Source of the DNA: an uncultured bacterium
Lineage (GTDB): Bacteria; Babelota; Babeliae; Babelales; JABCYS01
Direction: 5' to 3'
DNA: 64,000 nucleotides
Assembly (NCBI GenBank): GCA_963705705.1
Contig: CAVPKK010000003.1
Coordinates: forward strand, 1 to 64,000
Part shown: positions 29,312 through 38,371 of the stretch, in pieces
How the letters are laid out: each line of letters opens with the position of its first letter
Numbering within the stretch: position 1 is the first letter of the stretch
Translations under genes and position numbers: made by a program
The notes under the pieces: generated by a model
The model's input: only the letters and a program-made list of their open reading frames with translations
Databases searched by the model: none
What the model was told of the DNA's origin: nothing

Positions 29312-29450
29312 AGGGCTACCTTTTTGTTTATGGGGTTGAGAAAAGTGGAACCAAGTTACCAGGGGCTCATTTAAATTTCAACTACCCACACAGATAGTCA
29401 ATAATATCGGGAATATGACTAAATTATCGGGGTAATATGCCTAAAAAAGC

Positions 29451-29987
29451 CTACAATACGTCTAAAATGAGCGCTATTGACCGTTCGATCACTTCACTAA
29501 TTTGCATATTATCTTCAGAGAATGACTGTAAAACATAGTTCGGCACCTCTTCTTTTTGTGCTGGCCGCCCGATACCGACGCGAAGACGTGCAAAATCTGA
29601 TCCTGTAGCGGCTATGATTGATTTCAAACCGTTGTGCCCTTTGGAACTGCCGCCAAATTTGAATGCAATGTCACCAAAAGGAAGCTCTAATTCATCATGG
29701 ATCACCAGTATTTCTTCTGGCTTAATGCCATCTTTTTTTAAAAAGGGAATTACAGCGCCTGAGCTATTCATGAATGTTTGTGGTTTGATTAGCTCAATAG
29801 ATGCGTCATTAATTCGAGCGTTGGCGTATTCCATATCGGGATATTTACGCCACTGAGCACCATAGATTTGTGCAATCTCATCGATTACTCGAAATCCGAT
29901 ATTGTGTCGGGTATTGGCATAGCGAAGGCCTGGATTGCCCAGGCCTATAATTGCTTTGATTGGATGTGGTAATTTTGGATTCTGCAT
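29451..29987 (-). CDS. pth: Peptidyl-tRNA hydrolase
   Basis: IGLGNPG, TRHNIGF, KPQTFMN.SG, GHNGLKSI, RLRVGIGRP. Confidence 0.96.
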   Translation of the reverse strand: MQNPKLPHPIKAIIGLGNPGLRYANTRHNIGFRVIDEIAQIYGAQWRKYPDMEYANARINDASIELIKPQTFMNSSGAVIPFLKKDGIKPEEILVIHDELELPFGDIAFKFGGSSKGHNGLKSIIAATGSDFARLRVGIGRPAQKEEVPNYVLQSFSEDNMQISEVIERSIALILDVL

Positions 29988-30002
29988 GGTCTAGGTATCC
30001 TG

Positions 30003-30071
30003 CCGTTCGTATCCTTCGATCCTTCGATACGCCTATCGGCTACTCAGGAGTAAACCACTCAGGACGAATGG
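30003..30071. repeat. Nested palindromic element upstream of pth
   Basis: ccgttcgta-tccttcga-[tccttcga...ctcagga-gtaaacca]-ctcagga-cgaatgg. Confidence 0.85.
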
Positions 30072-30108
30072 GTCTCTTTCCAGGCCATTATAATCGTCTT
30101 AACTAAAT

Positions 30109-30145
30109 CGCGCTCATCCTGAGTTTATCGAAGGATCATAGCGCG
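30109..30145. repeat. Palindromic element downstream of skp
   Basis: cgcgctca-tcctgag-ttta-tcgaagga-tcatagcgcg. Confidence 0.85.
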
Positions 30146-30177
30146 AAATTGGCTGAAACAGCAAATAATTAAACAGA

Positions 30178-30759
30178 TTATGCCGTTTTAGTTGCTGATG
30201 CAGTTGGCTTCTTAGCTGATGCTACCATGGTTTTCTTTTCATCTTCATACAATTTGTTCAAGTGAGTAACAATAGCGTTGGTTTGATCAGCGCGATTGCT
30301 TGCAAATACCAGTGGGTTTTTTGGCATTGCGATATCAATTTTGTATGCAGTTTTGAAGCTATTCATGCCTTCATCAAGTTTTTTGAAGAAACGCATGTTC
30401 AGCTTTTCACGTTCGCCTTTGTAATCTTGCATAACGTGCTCAGCATTTGTTTTAAGATCACGTTCTCTGCGCATCAAGACTTCTTGTTCAGCTTCGCGAG
30501 ATGAATCGTTCATCATGCTCATCTTCGCTTGGAACTTGTTTACATCGGTACGCAGGCTTTCTTTTTCTTTTTCGATACCATCAAACTTTGATTTGAATCG
30601 GTTATCAACTTCCGTGACCATGGACTTGTATTCGTCTGATTTAGATGCGATGACATCTGGATCGTAGACACATACATTCAGTGGCATGCCAACGGGATTT
30701 GAGGCAGCAGCTAGGCATGATGATGCGATGAATGGAAGAAGTAATAGTTGTTTTTTCAT
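30178..30759 (-). CDS. skp: OmpH/Skp family periplasmic chaperone
   Basis: Signal peptide, short beta start, long coiled coil, C-terminal ADQTNAIVTHLN resembling the Skp D.T..V...LN end. Confidence 0.7.
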   Translation of the reverse strand: MKKQLLLLPFIASSCLAAASNPVGMPLNVCVYDPDVIASKSDEYKSMVTEVDNRFKSKFDGIEKEKESLRTDVNKFQAKMSMMNDSSREAEQEVLMRRERDLKTNAEHVMQDYKGEREKLNMRFFKKLDEGMNSFKTAYKIDIAMPKNPLVFASNRADQTNAIVTHLNKLYEDEKKTMVASAKKPTASATKTA

Positions 30760-30820
30760 GATTGGTCCTTAGTAATGTGAAATCGGCTGCAAGATACTCT
30801 AGGATGGCTTGGCCGTCAAA

Positions 30821-33421
30821 TTATTGTCGCGATACAAGCCACTCGCGAATTTTATCGCGCCAGGTTTTATCCAAGCGAGGTCCGCCGCCTTGGAGCGAGC
30901 TTGAATTGCCGCCACCGCGCAGGCCGAGTTTTGCCAATTCAGGCTGCAGCTGTTTAAGGTCAAGTTTTAGCTCGGGTGAGCTTATCGCCAAGAAGTTTGA
31001 TTTTTCATCGGTTGAAGAAATTAAGAAATAAAAGCCAGGTTTTGTCTTAGTAAGCTGTGCGGCAACTTCTCGTAGCTCTTCAATGCCAAAATCAGGAAGC
31101 TCTAAAAATAAATATGGTATAGAGCCAACCAGTTCGACTTGTGATAACCAATGATGCAATTGAGTGCCGATCATCTGCTTTTTAAGGTGCTTGATTTCTG
31201 TATTAGCTTCTTTGAGTTGCTCGGCTTGCTTATGAACTGCCTGCAATACCTCATGAAGCTGCACTTTGAATTCAGTACTCAAAGTTTTTACCGTGTTGAA
31301 CGTATCTTGGAATAGGGCTACTGCCTTTGGTCCCGTAAGGGCTACAATGCGTCGGTTGCCCGCGGAAAGGGCGGTAAGCTCGGTAATTTTAAATACGCCA
31401 ATATCGCCCGTGGCGCGAACGTGGGTACCACCGCAAAGCTCGGCGGAAGCGCCAGGTATTTCAACAATACGTACTTTTTCTGGATTATATTTTTCCCCAA
31501 AGAAAGCAATGACACCTCGGGAGATGGCATCTTGATAGGTGGTCCAGGTAATACGCAATGGAATGTTATCCATGATGCGAGAATTTACTTCGTTTTCAAT
31601 TGCGCGAATTTGTTCAGGAGTTACTGGTTCGGCATAGCTAAAATCGAATCGCATATAATCTGGATCGACCAAGGAGCCGGATTGTTTCACCGTAGGCCCG
31701 AGCACTTTGATCAAAGCGGCTTGTAAAAGATGAGTGGCCGTATGATTTTTCATGGTATCGATGCGGCGGGCGCGATCTACCGTCTGCAAAGCTTCCATAC
31801 CGGTTTTTAATGCGATAGGCGTTGAGACTAATGCTCCAATAGCGCCATCGAATTTCTTGAGTTCTTTCACCGTTAATTTTGTGGAACCAATGGTTATCAA
31901 ACCATGATCACTTATTTGGCCGCCGCATTCTACGTAGAAAGGTGAACGATCGCATATGATCCAACAGTCGGTATTCGGTTCAACTGATTCAGCAAATAGG
32001 TCCCGCTCATCCTGAGCCTGTCGAAGGATGATGAAGCCAAGAATCTTGCCCGTTGTTTCCATTTCATCGTAACCGGTGAAAGTTGTTTTGATCTGCTCAG
32101 GCAATTCAATTTTTTGAGTGGCTACCTTCTTGCCTGAATGGGTGCGCTGTATTTCCATTTCTTTATCAAAACCTTCTAGGTCGACGGTAAAGCCACGCTC
32201 GTGGGCCATGATTCTGGTGATTTCTAGTGGGAATCCATAGGTATCATACAGCTTGAATGCTTCAGCGCCCGTAACAATTTTACTTTTAGTAGTATCAAAA
32301 TATTTATTAATCAGTTCCTGGCCGCGCACTAAATTTGTTGCAAACTTTTCAACTTCGGTCGCCAGAATCCGCTTTATTTTTTCTTTGTTGGTTGTTAACT
32401 CAGGGTAATAGCCGCCCAGAGTAGTATTTACGCTCTCTACCAATTCAGGGAAAATTATTTTGTCAGTTAGCTTTTGCGAAAAGAGCGCAGCGCGCCGAAT
32501 GATTTTTCGCAATACATAGCCACGGCCTTCATTAGCTGGCGTGCCGCCATCGGCAATAATCATTGCACTTGAACGAATATGATCGGCAAGCACATGGAAT
32601 GCTGCCTGTTTTTCAAACGGTAACGTACTATAGCTTTGCCCGGTTAGTTGTTCAATTTGATGGATGATGGGCAAGAAAAGATCGGTATGATACACCGTAT
32701 CTTTCTTTTGTATGACGGCTGTTAATCGCTCCAAGCCCATGCCGGTATCGACGCCTGTTTGTTTGAGCGGTTGCAATGAACCATTATCTTGGCGATCGAA
32801 CTGCATGAATACATTATTCCAGATTTCAAGGAAACGATCGCAATCGCAGCCAGGGCCGCAATTTGGTTTGCCGCAGCCATTCTTTTCAAGGTCAATGTAG
32901 ATTTCAGTACACGGTCCGCAGGGGCCAGTATCGCCCATCTGCCAAAAGTTATCTGCTTCGCCCAACCGCACAATGTGCTTTTCAGATAAGCCGACTTCTT
33001 TCAGCCAAATATCATAAGATTCCTGGTCATCACGAAAAACGCTGGCATAGAGTTTTTCTTTCGGAAGTCTGAGTTCGATTGTTAGGAATTCCCATGCAAA
33101 TCTGATTGCATCTTTTTTGAAGTAATCGCCAAATGAGAAGTTGCCCATCATCTCGAAGAAGGTTAGATGGCGTTTGGTAAAGCCAACGTTATCCAAATCA
33201 TTATGCTTGCCGCCGGCACGCACACATTTTTGAATGCTAACTGCGCGTGTATAGCTGCGTTTTTCTTTGCCCAGGAATACATCTTTGAATTGATTCATGC
33301 CAGCATTGGCAAAAAGCAATGTAGGATCATCGGCTGGTATGAGTGAAGAGCTTGGGACTTTGGTATGACCGTGTCGTAAGAAATAATCAAAGAATTTCTG
33401 GCGTATTTCTGATGATTGCAT
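30821..33421 (-). CDS. alaS: Alanine--tRNA ligase
   Basis: DPTLLFANAGMNQFK, RHLTFFEMMGNFSFGDYFK, GPCGPCTEI, NHTATHLL, ELCGGTHV. Confidence 0.98.
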   Translation of the reverse strand: MQSSEIRQKFFDYFLRHGHTKVPSSSLIPADDPTLLFANAGMNQFKDVFLGKEKRSYTRAVSIQKCVRAGGKHNDLDNVGFTKRHLTFFEMMGNFSFGDYFKKDAIRFAWEFLTIELRLPKEKLYASVFRDDQESYDIWLKEVGLSEKHIVRLGEADNFWQMGDTGPCGPCTEIYIDLEKNGCGKPNCGPGCDCDRFLEIWNNVFMQFDRQDNGSLQPLKQTGVDTGMGLERLTAVIQKKDTVYHTDLFLPIIHQIEQLTGQSYSTLPFEKQAAFHVLADHIRSSAMIIADGGTPANEGRGYVLRKIIRRAALFSQKLTDKIIFPELVESVNTTLGGYYPELTTNKEKIKRILATEVEKFATNLVRGQELINKYFDTTKSKIVTGAEAFKLYDTYGFPLEITRIMAHERGFTVDLEGFDKEMEIQRTHSGKKVATQKIELPEQIKTTFTGYDEMETTGKILGFIILRQAQDERDLFAESVEPNTDCWIICDRSPFYVECGGQISDHGLITIGSTKLTVKELKKFDGAIGALVSTPIALKTGMEALQTVDRARRIDTMKNHTATHLLQAALIKVLGPTVKQSGSLVDPDYMRFDFSYAEPVTPEQIRAIENEVNSRIMDNIPLRITWTTYQDAISRGVIAFFGEKYNPEKVRIVEIPGASAELCGGTHVRATGDIGVFKITELTALSAGNRRIVALTGPKAVALFQDTFNTVKTLSTEFKVQLHEVLQAVHKQAEQLKEANTEIKHLKKQMIGTQLHHWLSQVELVGSIPYLFLELPDFGIEELREVAAQLTKTKPGFYFLISSTDEKSNFLAISSPELKLDLKQLQPELAKLGLRGGGNSSSLQGGGPRLDKTWRDKIREWLVSRQ
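32002..32030. repeat. Palindromic element inside alaS (encodes ILRQAQDER)
   Basis: cccgctca-tcctgag-cctg-tcgaagga-tg. Confidence 0.85.
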
Positions 33422-33471
33422 AGGAAGATAGTCTCTTGGAGAATCTATTTTTTCTTGGGGGGTTGCTGGAT

Positions 33472-34344
33472 TTAATCTTGCGCATTTACATTTTTTGCGG
33501 AAATAATTCTGAGCAATGAGGCACGCGTAGCAGTTTGTGCTTGCATAGCGATTTGTTCTGCAGCATGTTTGGCGGTCTGATTATAGTGTTCAATCATATT
33601 GCCCAGTACTTCAGGAAATGGTATGCGATCTGTCATGTCGCCAATTGATAATATGTATTTACGTAGTTTTAAGCGCACATTCAAATGAGCTTGTCGTGGG
33701 CCGCTGCCATTCTGATCAACGGTAAGATAATCTTCGAATAGCATAGGGGGCAAATATTGGCTTTTCCCATCAGCTGTATTTTTTGCATTTTCATAATCTA
33801 CGATGCTAAGCGGTAAGTATTGAAAATCGGTCGTAATTCTACTTGCCGAATTTTCGAGAGCCAAGCCTTCCCCATTTGGTTTGCTGGTGGATCCAATAGA
33901 CAGTTTGACTGGAACTACTAATGTATCATCGTTCATAGAGAAATGATTTCTCAAGGATCTTTTTTCGTCTTCCCCTAGGTCGCTAAATTTCTGTATACCA
34001 GCGAAATATACTGGCCGATTAGCATAAAAGGGACTTGCGCGTCCTGCGAGGTTACTGGAGTCATTTACGTCTAAGATCCCCCATGAGGGAGCAAGTTCCA
34101 CCGTTCCCTCAGCATCAATAATGAGTGATTTAGATCGTTGCACTGCTGAAGCACGCCGTTGAATGTCTGAATTATCCGAGTCAGAATTCGAGCGTTGTGG
34201 CTGGATGGTTGGGCTGTACCCAGATGAACAGGATTCATTTATTGGGGTTCGTGGTGTAGTTGGCGTGTCAGAAGTTGCACTTAGGCTTATGGGGTAAGCG
34301 ATACATAGTGCTAATAAAATTTTGTTCATGTGTTTCCTAGGCAA
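33472..34344 (-). CDS. Hypothetical secreted Ser/Pro-rich protein, paralogue of 34483..35550
   Basis: Signal MNKILLALCIAYPISLSA; shared motifs SKSL.IDA.G, AKNTA.G..QYL.P, TDRIPF.E.L.NMIEH. Confidence 0.8.
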   Translation of the reverse strand: MPRKHMNKILLALCIAYPISLSATSDTPTTPRTPINESCSSGYSPTIQPQRSNSDSDNSDIQRRASAVQRSKSLIIDAEGTVELAPSWGILDVNDSSNLAGRASPFYANRPVYFAGIQKFSDLGEDEKRSLRNHFSMNDDTLVVPVKLSIGSTSKPNGEGLALENSASRITTDFQYLPLSIVDYENAKNTADGKSQYLPPMLFEDYLTVDQNGSGPRQAHLNVRLKLRKYILSIGDMTDRIPFPEVLGNMIEHYNQTAKHAAEQIAMQAQTATRASLLRIISAKNVNAQD

Positions 34345-34445
34345 TATGTTATTCAGCGCTGCTTAGTTATTGTCATCCTCACTATTCTTTATTAAACAAA
34401 GATACTGGAGCGACAATCTCAATATATAAAGAACAAGGTACTAAA

Positions 34446-34473
34446 AGCATAGCGAAGTCGTCAAAAATGTTAA
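34446..34473 (-). promoter_or_regulatory. Putative sigma70-type promoter TTAACA-N16-TATGCT
   Basis: The same hexamers and spacing occur upstream of the paralogue at 35577..35604, while the spacer has diverged. Confidence 0.6.
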
Positions 34474-34482
34474 CTTTTGTCC

Positions 34483-35550
34483 TTATTCGAGCAAGCTCTG
34501 AGTGCTTGCAGAAATAACAAAACCTAATCTACCGCGTTCAGTTGATTCTGTAAGAGCAGCATTATCTGCATCTATTTTTGCTTTCAAGTTAAAATGCTCA
34601 ATCATGTTGGCCAATGTTTCTGTAAATGGAATTCGATCAGTATCCAGATGCAAACTACTTGTCGGATTATTAATAATTTTGCCGGTATCTTTATCTATCG
34701 AGAGTAGATACTTCATTAGTTTTAACGTTACGCTCAGATTGGCCAACTTGGTTCCACCTCTTGTATCAACCGTGTGAAAATCGGCCAACAATATAGGAGA
34801 TAAATACTGTTCTCTTCCGTTGGCGGTATTTTTTGCATGTTCTGAGTTCAATAATGAAAGTGGTAGGGACGAGAATGTCGTTCGCACTTTGCGCGATGTT
34901 TCTTCTTGAACACCATGTATCACTAATTTAACTGGCACAATCAGATCATTATCACACAAGTCGCTAAAATGGCTGCGGAGAAAGGTTCTTTCACCTGATC
35001 CCAAATCTTTAAACGTCAGTATGCCACGGAATAGTACAGGTTGGCCCGCATATTGGTGTGCTATTGGATGATTTGCCGTTGTAATTTCAACAAATGGATC
35101 GAGCGTCACTTCACCGAAAGCGTCGATAGTTAATGATTTGGAAAACTGTGGTCTTTTATCGGTGACTTTTACCTGCGATTCATCGCTTAATATAGCTGAT
35201 GAACTATGAGGTGAAATTGAACGCGAAACAGGGGCCGATAGGTTAGGCGAGCTATTTCTTTTGCTCGTAAAACATGCAGGTGCTACGTTGCTACTAGGTG
35301 AATTAGATCGGGGCGAAATGGTGGGCGAACAAGTAATTTTATTGGGGCGCTCGTCGCCGCTTGAATCGCTATTTACTGAATCAGGAGATCCTTCTCTTCG
35401 CGGCGGAGTATTCTCTTTCATAAATATGAAAGATTCGGGTTGTGTGCTTTTGGGTGAAACAGATGTTGCGGCAACTTGTGCGGCGCAAGTGGCGGCAAAG
35501 AAAGATAGTAAGTGCTTATTCATAGGTGTCCTTGTAGTAATGCTATTCAT
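34483..35550 (-). CDS. Hypothetical secreted Ser/Pro-rich protein, paralogue of 33472..34344
   Basis: Signal MNKHLLSFFAATCAAQVAA; shared C-terminal domain. Confidence 0.8.
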   Translation of the reverse strand: MNSITTRTPMNKHLLSFFAATCAAQVAATSVSPKSTQPESFIFMKENTPPRREGSPDSVNSDSSGDERPNKITCSPTISPRSNSPSSNVAPACFTSKRNSSPNLSAPVSRSISPHSSSAILSDESQVKVTDKRPQFSKSLTIDAFGEVTLDPFVEITTANHPIAHQYAGQPVLFRGILTFKDLGSGERTFLRSHFSDLCDNDLIVPVKLVIHGVQEETSRKVRTTFSSLPLSLLNSEHAKNTANGREQYLSPILLADFHTVDTRGGTKLANLSVTLKLMKYLLSIDKDTGKIINNPTSSLHLDTDRIPFTETLANMIEHFNLKAKIDADNAALTESTERGRLGFVISASTQSLLE

Positions 35551-35576
35551 GTATAATAGAAAGCATGCGCCTTAGA

Positions 35577-35604
35577 AGCATAGACCAAACTTTGAAAATG
35601 TTAA
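35577..35604 (-). promoter_or_regulatory. Putative sigma70-type promoter TTAACA-N16-TATGCT
   Basis: Matches 34446..34473. Confidence 0.6.
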
Positions 35605-35748
35605 CTATTTGTAAATATAATATTAAATATGGTCAATTAGTTTGCCTTGAATAGGTGTTTTGTATAAGTTGAATGCACTCGGTGTGAGCTGAATTGCCTC
35701 TAGGCAATCGATTCTTTGAGAGTTAAGGACTAAAAAAAGGGATCTTTT

Positions 35749-36396
35749 ATGAAAGCAGGTTTTGTTTCTACGTTTGCATTTATATTCGCTATTACTGGTG
35801 CTGCCTCTATTGTTGCGTCGGATATAGTTTTGTATGTGGGTGTAAAATCCGGAGATGTGCAAAAGGTAAAGACCGCCCTCTATGAAGATGCGAATGTAAA
35901 CTTGGAAGTAGCTAATAAAAAATTATTGGTCGAAGCAATTGATAGGGTGCTTGCATTATACCCCGAGCAGGAAAGTAGCATTCTAGATAAAGCTTGGATA
36001 TACCTTAATTCATTAGTTGGCAATGAGGTAGGGCTCATGCATCTGGCTGGCGTAGCAACTGGTCTTGGTTGTGGTGTGTCTGTAGTGCGCGGACATGCCT
36101 TGGAGGCAACATTAACAGCCGTCAGCTTAACTTCATTAATTATGATGAAGCGTGAAACAGCAATAAAAAATCACATGGAAATCGTGGAACAGTTGGCAAT
36201 GCATCCAAAATTATCGCGCGAGTCATTGCTTGATGCTATTGCCCATATACGAGAACGTTTAGTGAAAGCTTACGAAAAACATACCGCAGGAAGTGAAGCA
36301 TTGCTAGAAATTGATCGCATCCTTAGAGTAGCAGCTTCTCATGCGGATGCGCGTGAATACCGAAGATTAAAAAAATATGACGAGTCATACCGATAA
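35749..36396 (+). CDS. Hypothetical secreted protein with ankyrin-like segments around a hydrophobic insert
   Basis: Signal peptide; LYVGVKSGDVQKVKTALYEDANVN and AIKNHMEIVEQL. Confidence 0.65.
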   Translation: MKAGFVSTFAFIFAITGAASIVASDIVLYVGVKSGDVQKVKTALYEDANVNLEVANKKLLVEAIDRVLALYPEQESSILDKAWIYLNSLVGNEVGLMHLAGVATGLGCGVSVVRGHALEATLTAVSLTSLIMMKRETAIKNHMEIVEQLAMHPKLSRESLLDAIAHIRERLVKAYEKHTAGSEALLEIDRILRVAASHADAREYRRLKKYDESYR

Positions 36397-37450
36397 CACA
36401 CAATTCGAGGTGTATATGCATCAAAAGTTATTTGCAACAGTTATGATTACTTTGTTTGTTTCTGCTTCGTTTGCAGCTACTAAACAAAATGGGCGATCTC
36501 CAAACGAGCTGATTAATTGCTTAACGGCTAAGGATCGAGTTGGTCTCGCCGAAACACTTAAGTATGTTTCAATTAATACTCGTTTTACTCCATCAGGCAA
36601 TACAGTTTTGATGGAAGCTGTCGATTTATACGCAAAGCGCTTGACTCAACGGAGTCCGGTTGAGTTTGCAGTTGGCAAAGCCATCATAAGTCTCGCTGGG
36701 CTCAGTGGATGCGTTGCTGGCTACAAGGTTTCGCCTCCGGTTGAAAAGAAAGAAATTCAGCCACAACCACAACAACCGCCTCAGCGACCAGCGCAGCCTA
36801 TAGTCCAAGCACCACGGGCAAATCTTCCAAGACCTCAGCCTATTGATGAAGAACATGCTGGAGGTTATAACCCCTTCGGATTTGCTGAACCGTTTGTTCG
36901 TAGCGCATCACACGCTGTTGAGGAGGGTGTGGTTGATGCTCGAGAGGCAATGCAAGATGCTCGAGAAGCAATGCAGGATGTGCGCCAAGTAGTTGGGCAT
37001 GTTGATCGCATCTTGGAGGAATGGGATCAAGGGATCATTAAGGTTGAACCGGCCGGCAAAATTTCTGAGGAAACGGCGCAAGCAATCCAGGATGCCGTAC
37101 GAAGTGTAGAAAAAACTAACCGCGATGCCCAGTATTATATGCGTACTTCCGCAATTATTGGATGTGCAGCAATTAGTTTATGGGCCGGCATTAAGACGCT
37201 TCAACAGTTGTGGGTGATGAGGCAATATACGCGTCGGCATGAAGAAGATCTTGAGATGTTTGAAGCCATCATCGATCAATTATTAAATGATCCAGATTTA
37301 GATTTTACCGTAAAAAATGATGCAGGTGAGGCAGTAGTTGATCTTATGCGGCGAATCGTGATCACGTATGGCAGTGGCGATGAAGAATTTATTCGTCTTC
37401 TTAAGCTTGAACGCAAAATATTACATGCTGCACGAAATATAAAAGTTTAA
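36377..37450 (+). CDS. Hypothetical secreted/membrane protein with a split ankyrin-like repeat
   Basis: Probable start at MHQKLFATV; SGNTVLMEAV ... two hydrophobic segments ... IIDQLLNDPDLDFTVKNDAGEAVVDL. Confidence 0.65.
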   Translation: MTSHTDNTQFEVYMHQKLFATVMITLFVSASFAATKQNGRSPNELINCLTAKDRVGLAETLKYVSINTRFTPSGNTVLMEAVDLYAKRLTQRSPVEFAVGKAIISLAGLSGCVAGYKVSPPVEKKEIQPQPQQPPQRPAQPIVQAPRANLPRPQPIDEEHAGGYNPFGFAEPFVRSASHAVEEGVVDAREAMQDAREAMQDVRQVVGHVDRILEEWDQGIIKVEPAGKISEETAQAIQDAVRSVEKTNRDAQYYMRTSAIIGCAAISLWAGIKTLQQLWVMRQYTRRHEEDLEMFEAIIDQLLNDPDLDFTVKNDAGEAVVDLMRRIVITYGSGDEEFIRLLKLERKILHAARNIKV

Positions 37451-37465
37451 TTTCAGAGAGGGAGA

Positions 37466-38122
37466 GTGATGAAGATTTTCTTAGATACAGCCCATTTGGA
37501 AAGCATTAAAGAATGGGCAGATACTGGGTTAATTGATGGCGTGACCATAAATCCGTCATTACTCAGTAAAGAAAAAGAAGATTATAAAGCTATCGTCAAG
37601 GCAATCCATGGCGCGTTGCCAGAATGCGATATTAACCTGCAGGTGACCGAAACTGATCCTAAAAAGGTCTATGACCAGGCCCATGCATACCAATCATTGC
37701 TAAAAAAACGCCCAATCACAGTCAAAATACCCGCCCACCGCAAATTCTATCCAGCCATCAGGCTGTTAGCCCGAGAAGGGATCGCCATTAATGCTACCCT
37801 CGTTTTCTCCTTCATGCAGGGGCTCATCATGAGTAAGCTTGGGGTACGGTATATTTCTCCTTTTATTGGGCGGCTGGAAGACCAGGGCGAGGATGGAATT
37901 GGGTTGGTTGCTGATTTGGTAGCCGGCCTCGCCGAATATGAAACCCAGGTTTTGGCGGCTTCTATCCGGACTGTTGAGCATGTTCAGGCGGCGGCGCTCG
38001 TGGGTGCCCATGTGGTAACCCTACCGGCTGATGTGCTTAAAAAGGCTTCTGAAAACCTATTGACCGATAAGGGTATGGAGCTTTTTGCTAAGGACTGGCA
38101 GAAAGTTGTGGCACGGAAGTAA
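37466..38122 (+). CDS. Transaldolase / fructose-6-phosphate aldolase family protein (short type)
   Basis: KIFLDTA, GVTINPS, VKIP, NATLVFS, YISPFIGR, LAASIR. Confidence 0.92.
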   Translation: MMKIFLDTAHLESIKEWADTGLIDGVTINPSLLSKEKEDYKAIVKAIHGALPECDINLQVTETDPKKVYDQAHAYQSLLKKRPITVKIPAHRKFYPAIRLLAREGIAINATLVFSFMQGLIMSKLGVRYISPFIGRLEDQGEDGIGLVADLVAGLAEYETQVLAASIRTVEHVQAAALVGAHVVTLPADVLKKASENLLTDKGMELFAKDWQKVVARK

Positions 38123-38124
38123 GT

Positions 38125-38303
38125 GTCTTCTCAAGCCATCTAATCCTCACTCCCGATGAGCAAAGCTCAAAAGGTCGTACCGGTTTAATGGCTTTTCGTC
38201 GACAGGAGGCTTTACCCGATCTTGCGGCCGGTGGACGAAAAGGCGAATCCGCAGTGACCGTCTAAGCTTCAACTTAGGGGGAGCGAGGAATATGCCTTGA
38301 GAC
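38125..38303 (-). ncRNA. ssrS: Probable 6S RNA
   Basis: About 180-nt rod: closing stems tctcaag/cttgaga and tcctcgctccc/gggagtgagga, inner stem cttttcgtc/gacgaaaag, central bubble with a 3' hairpin tgagc-ttt-gctca; G.U pairs favour the minus strand. Confidence 0.72.
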
Positions 38304-38371
38304 CCTCCCACCATTCGAAATAAGCCCCGGTTTCCTCTATACTTGTGCCTCATTCAAATGTGAGGTTAACC

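Noticed and set aside
36935..36976. 21-nt tandem duplication (DAREAMQ twice)
   Set aside because: Simple in-frame heptad duplication with no further structure
38147..38353. 68-aa minus-strand ORF
   Set aside because: Better explained by the structured 6S-like RNA
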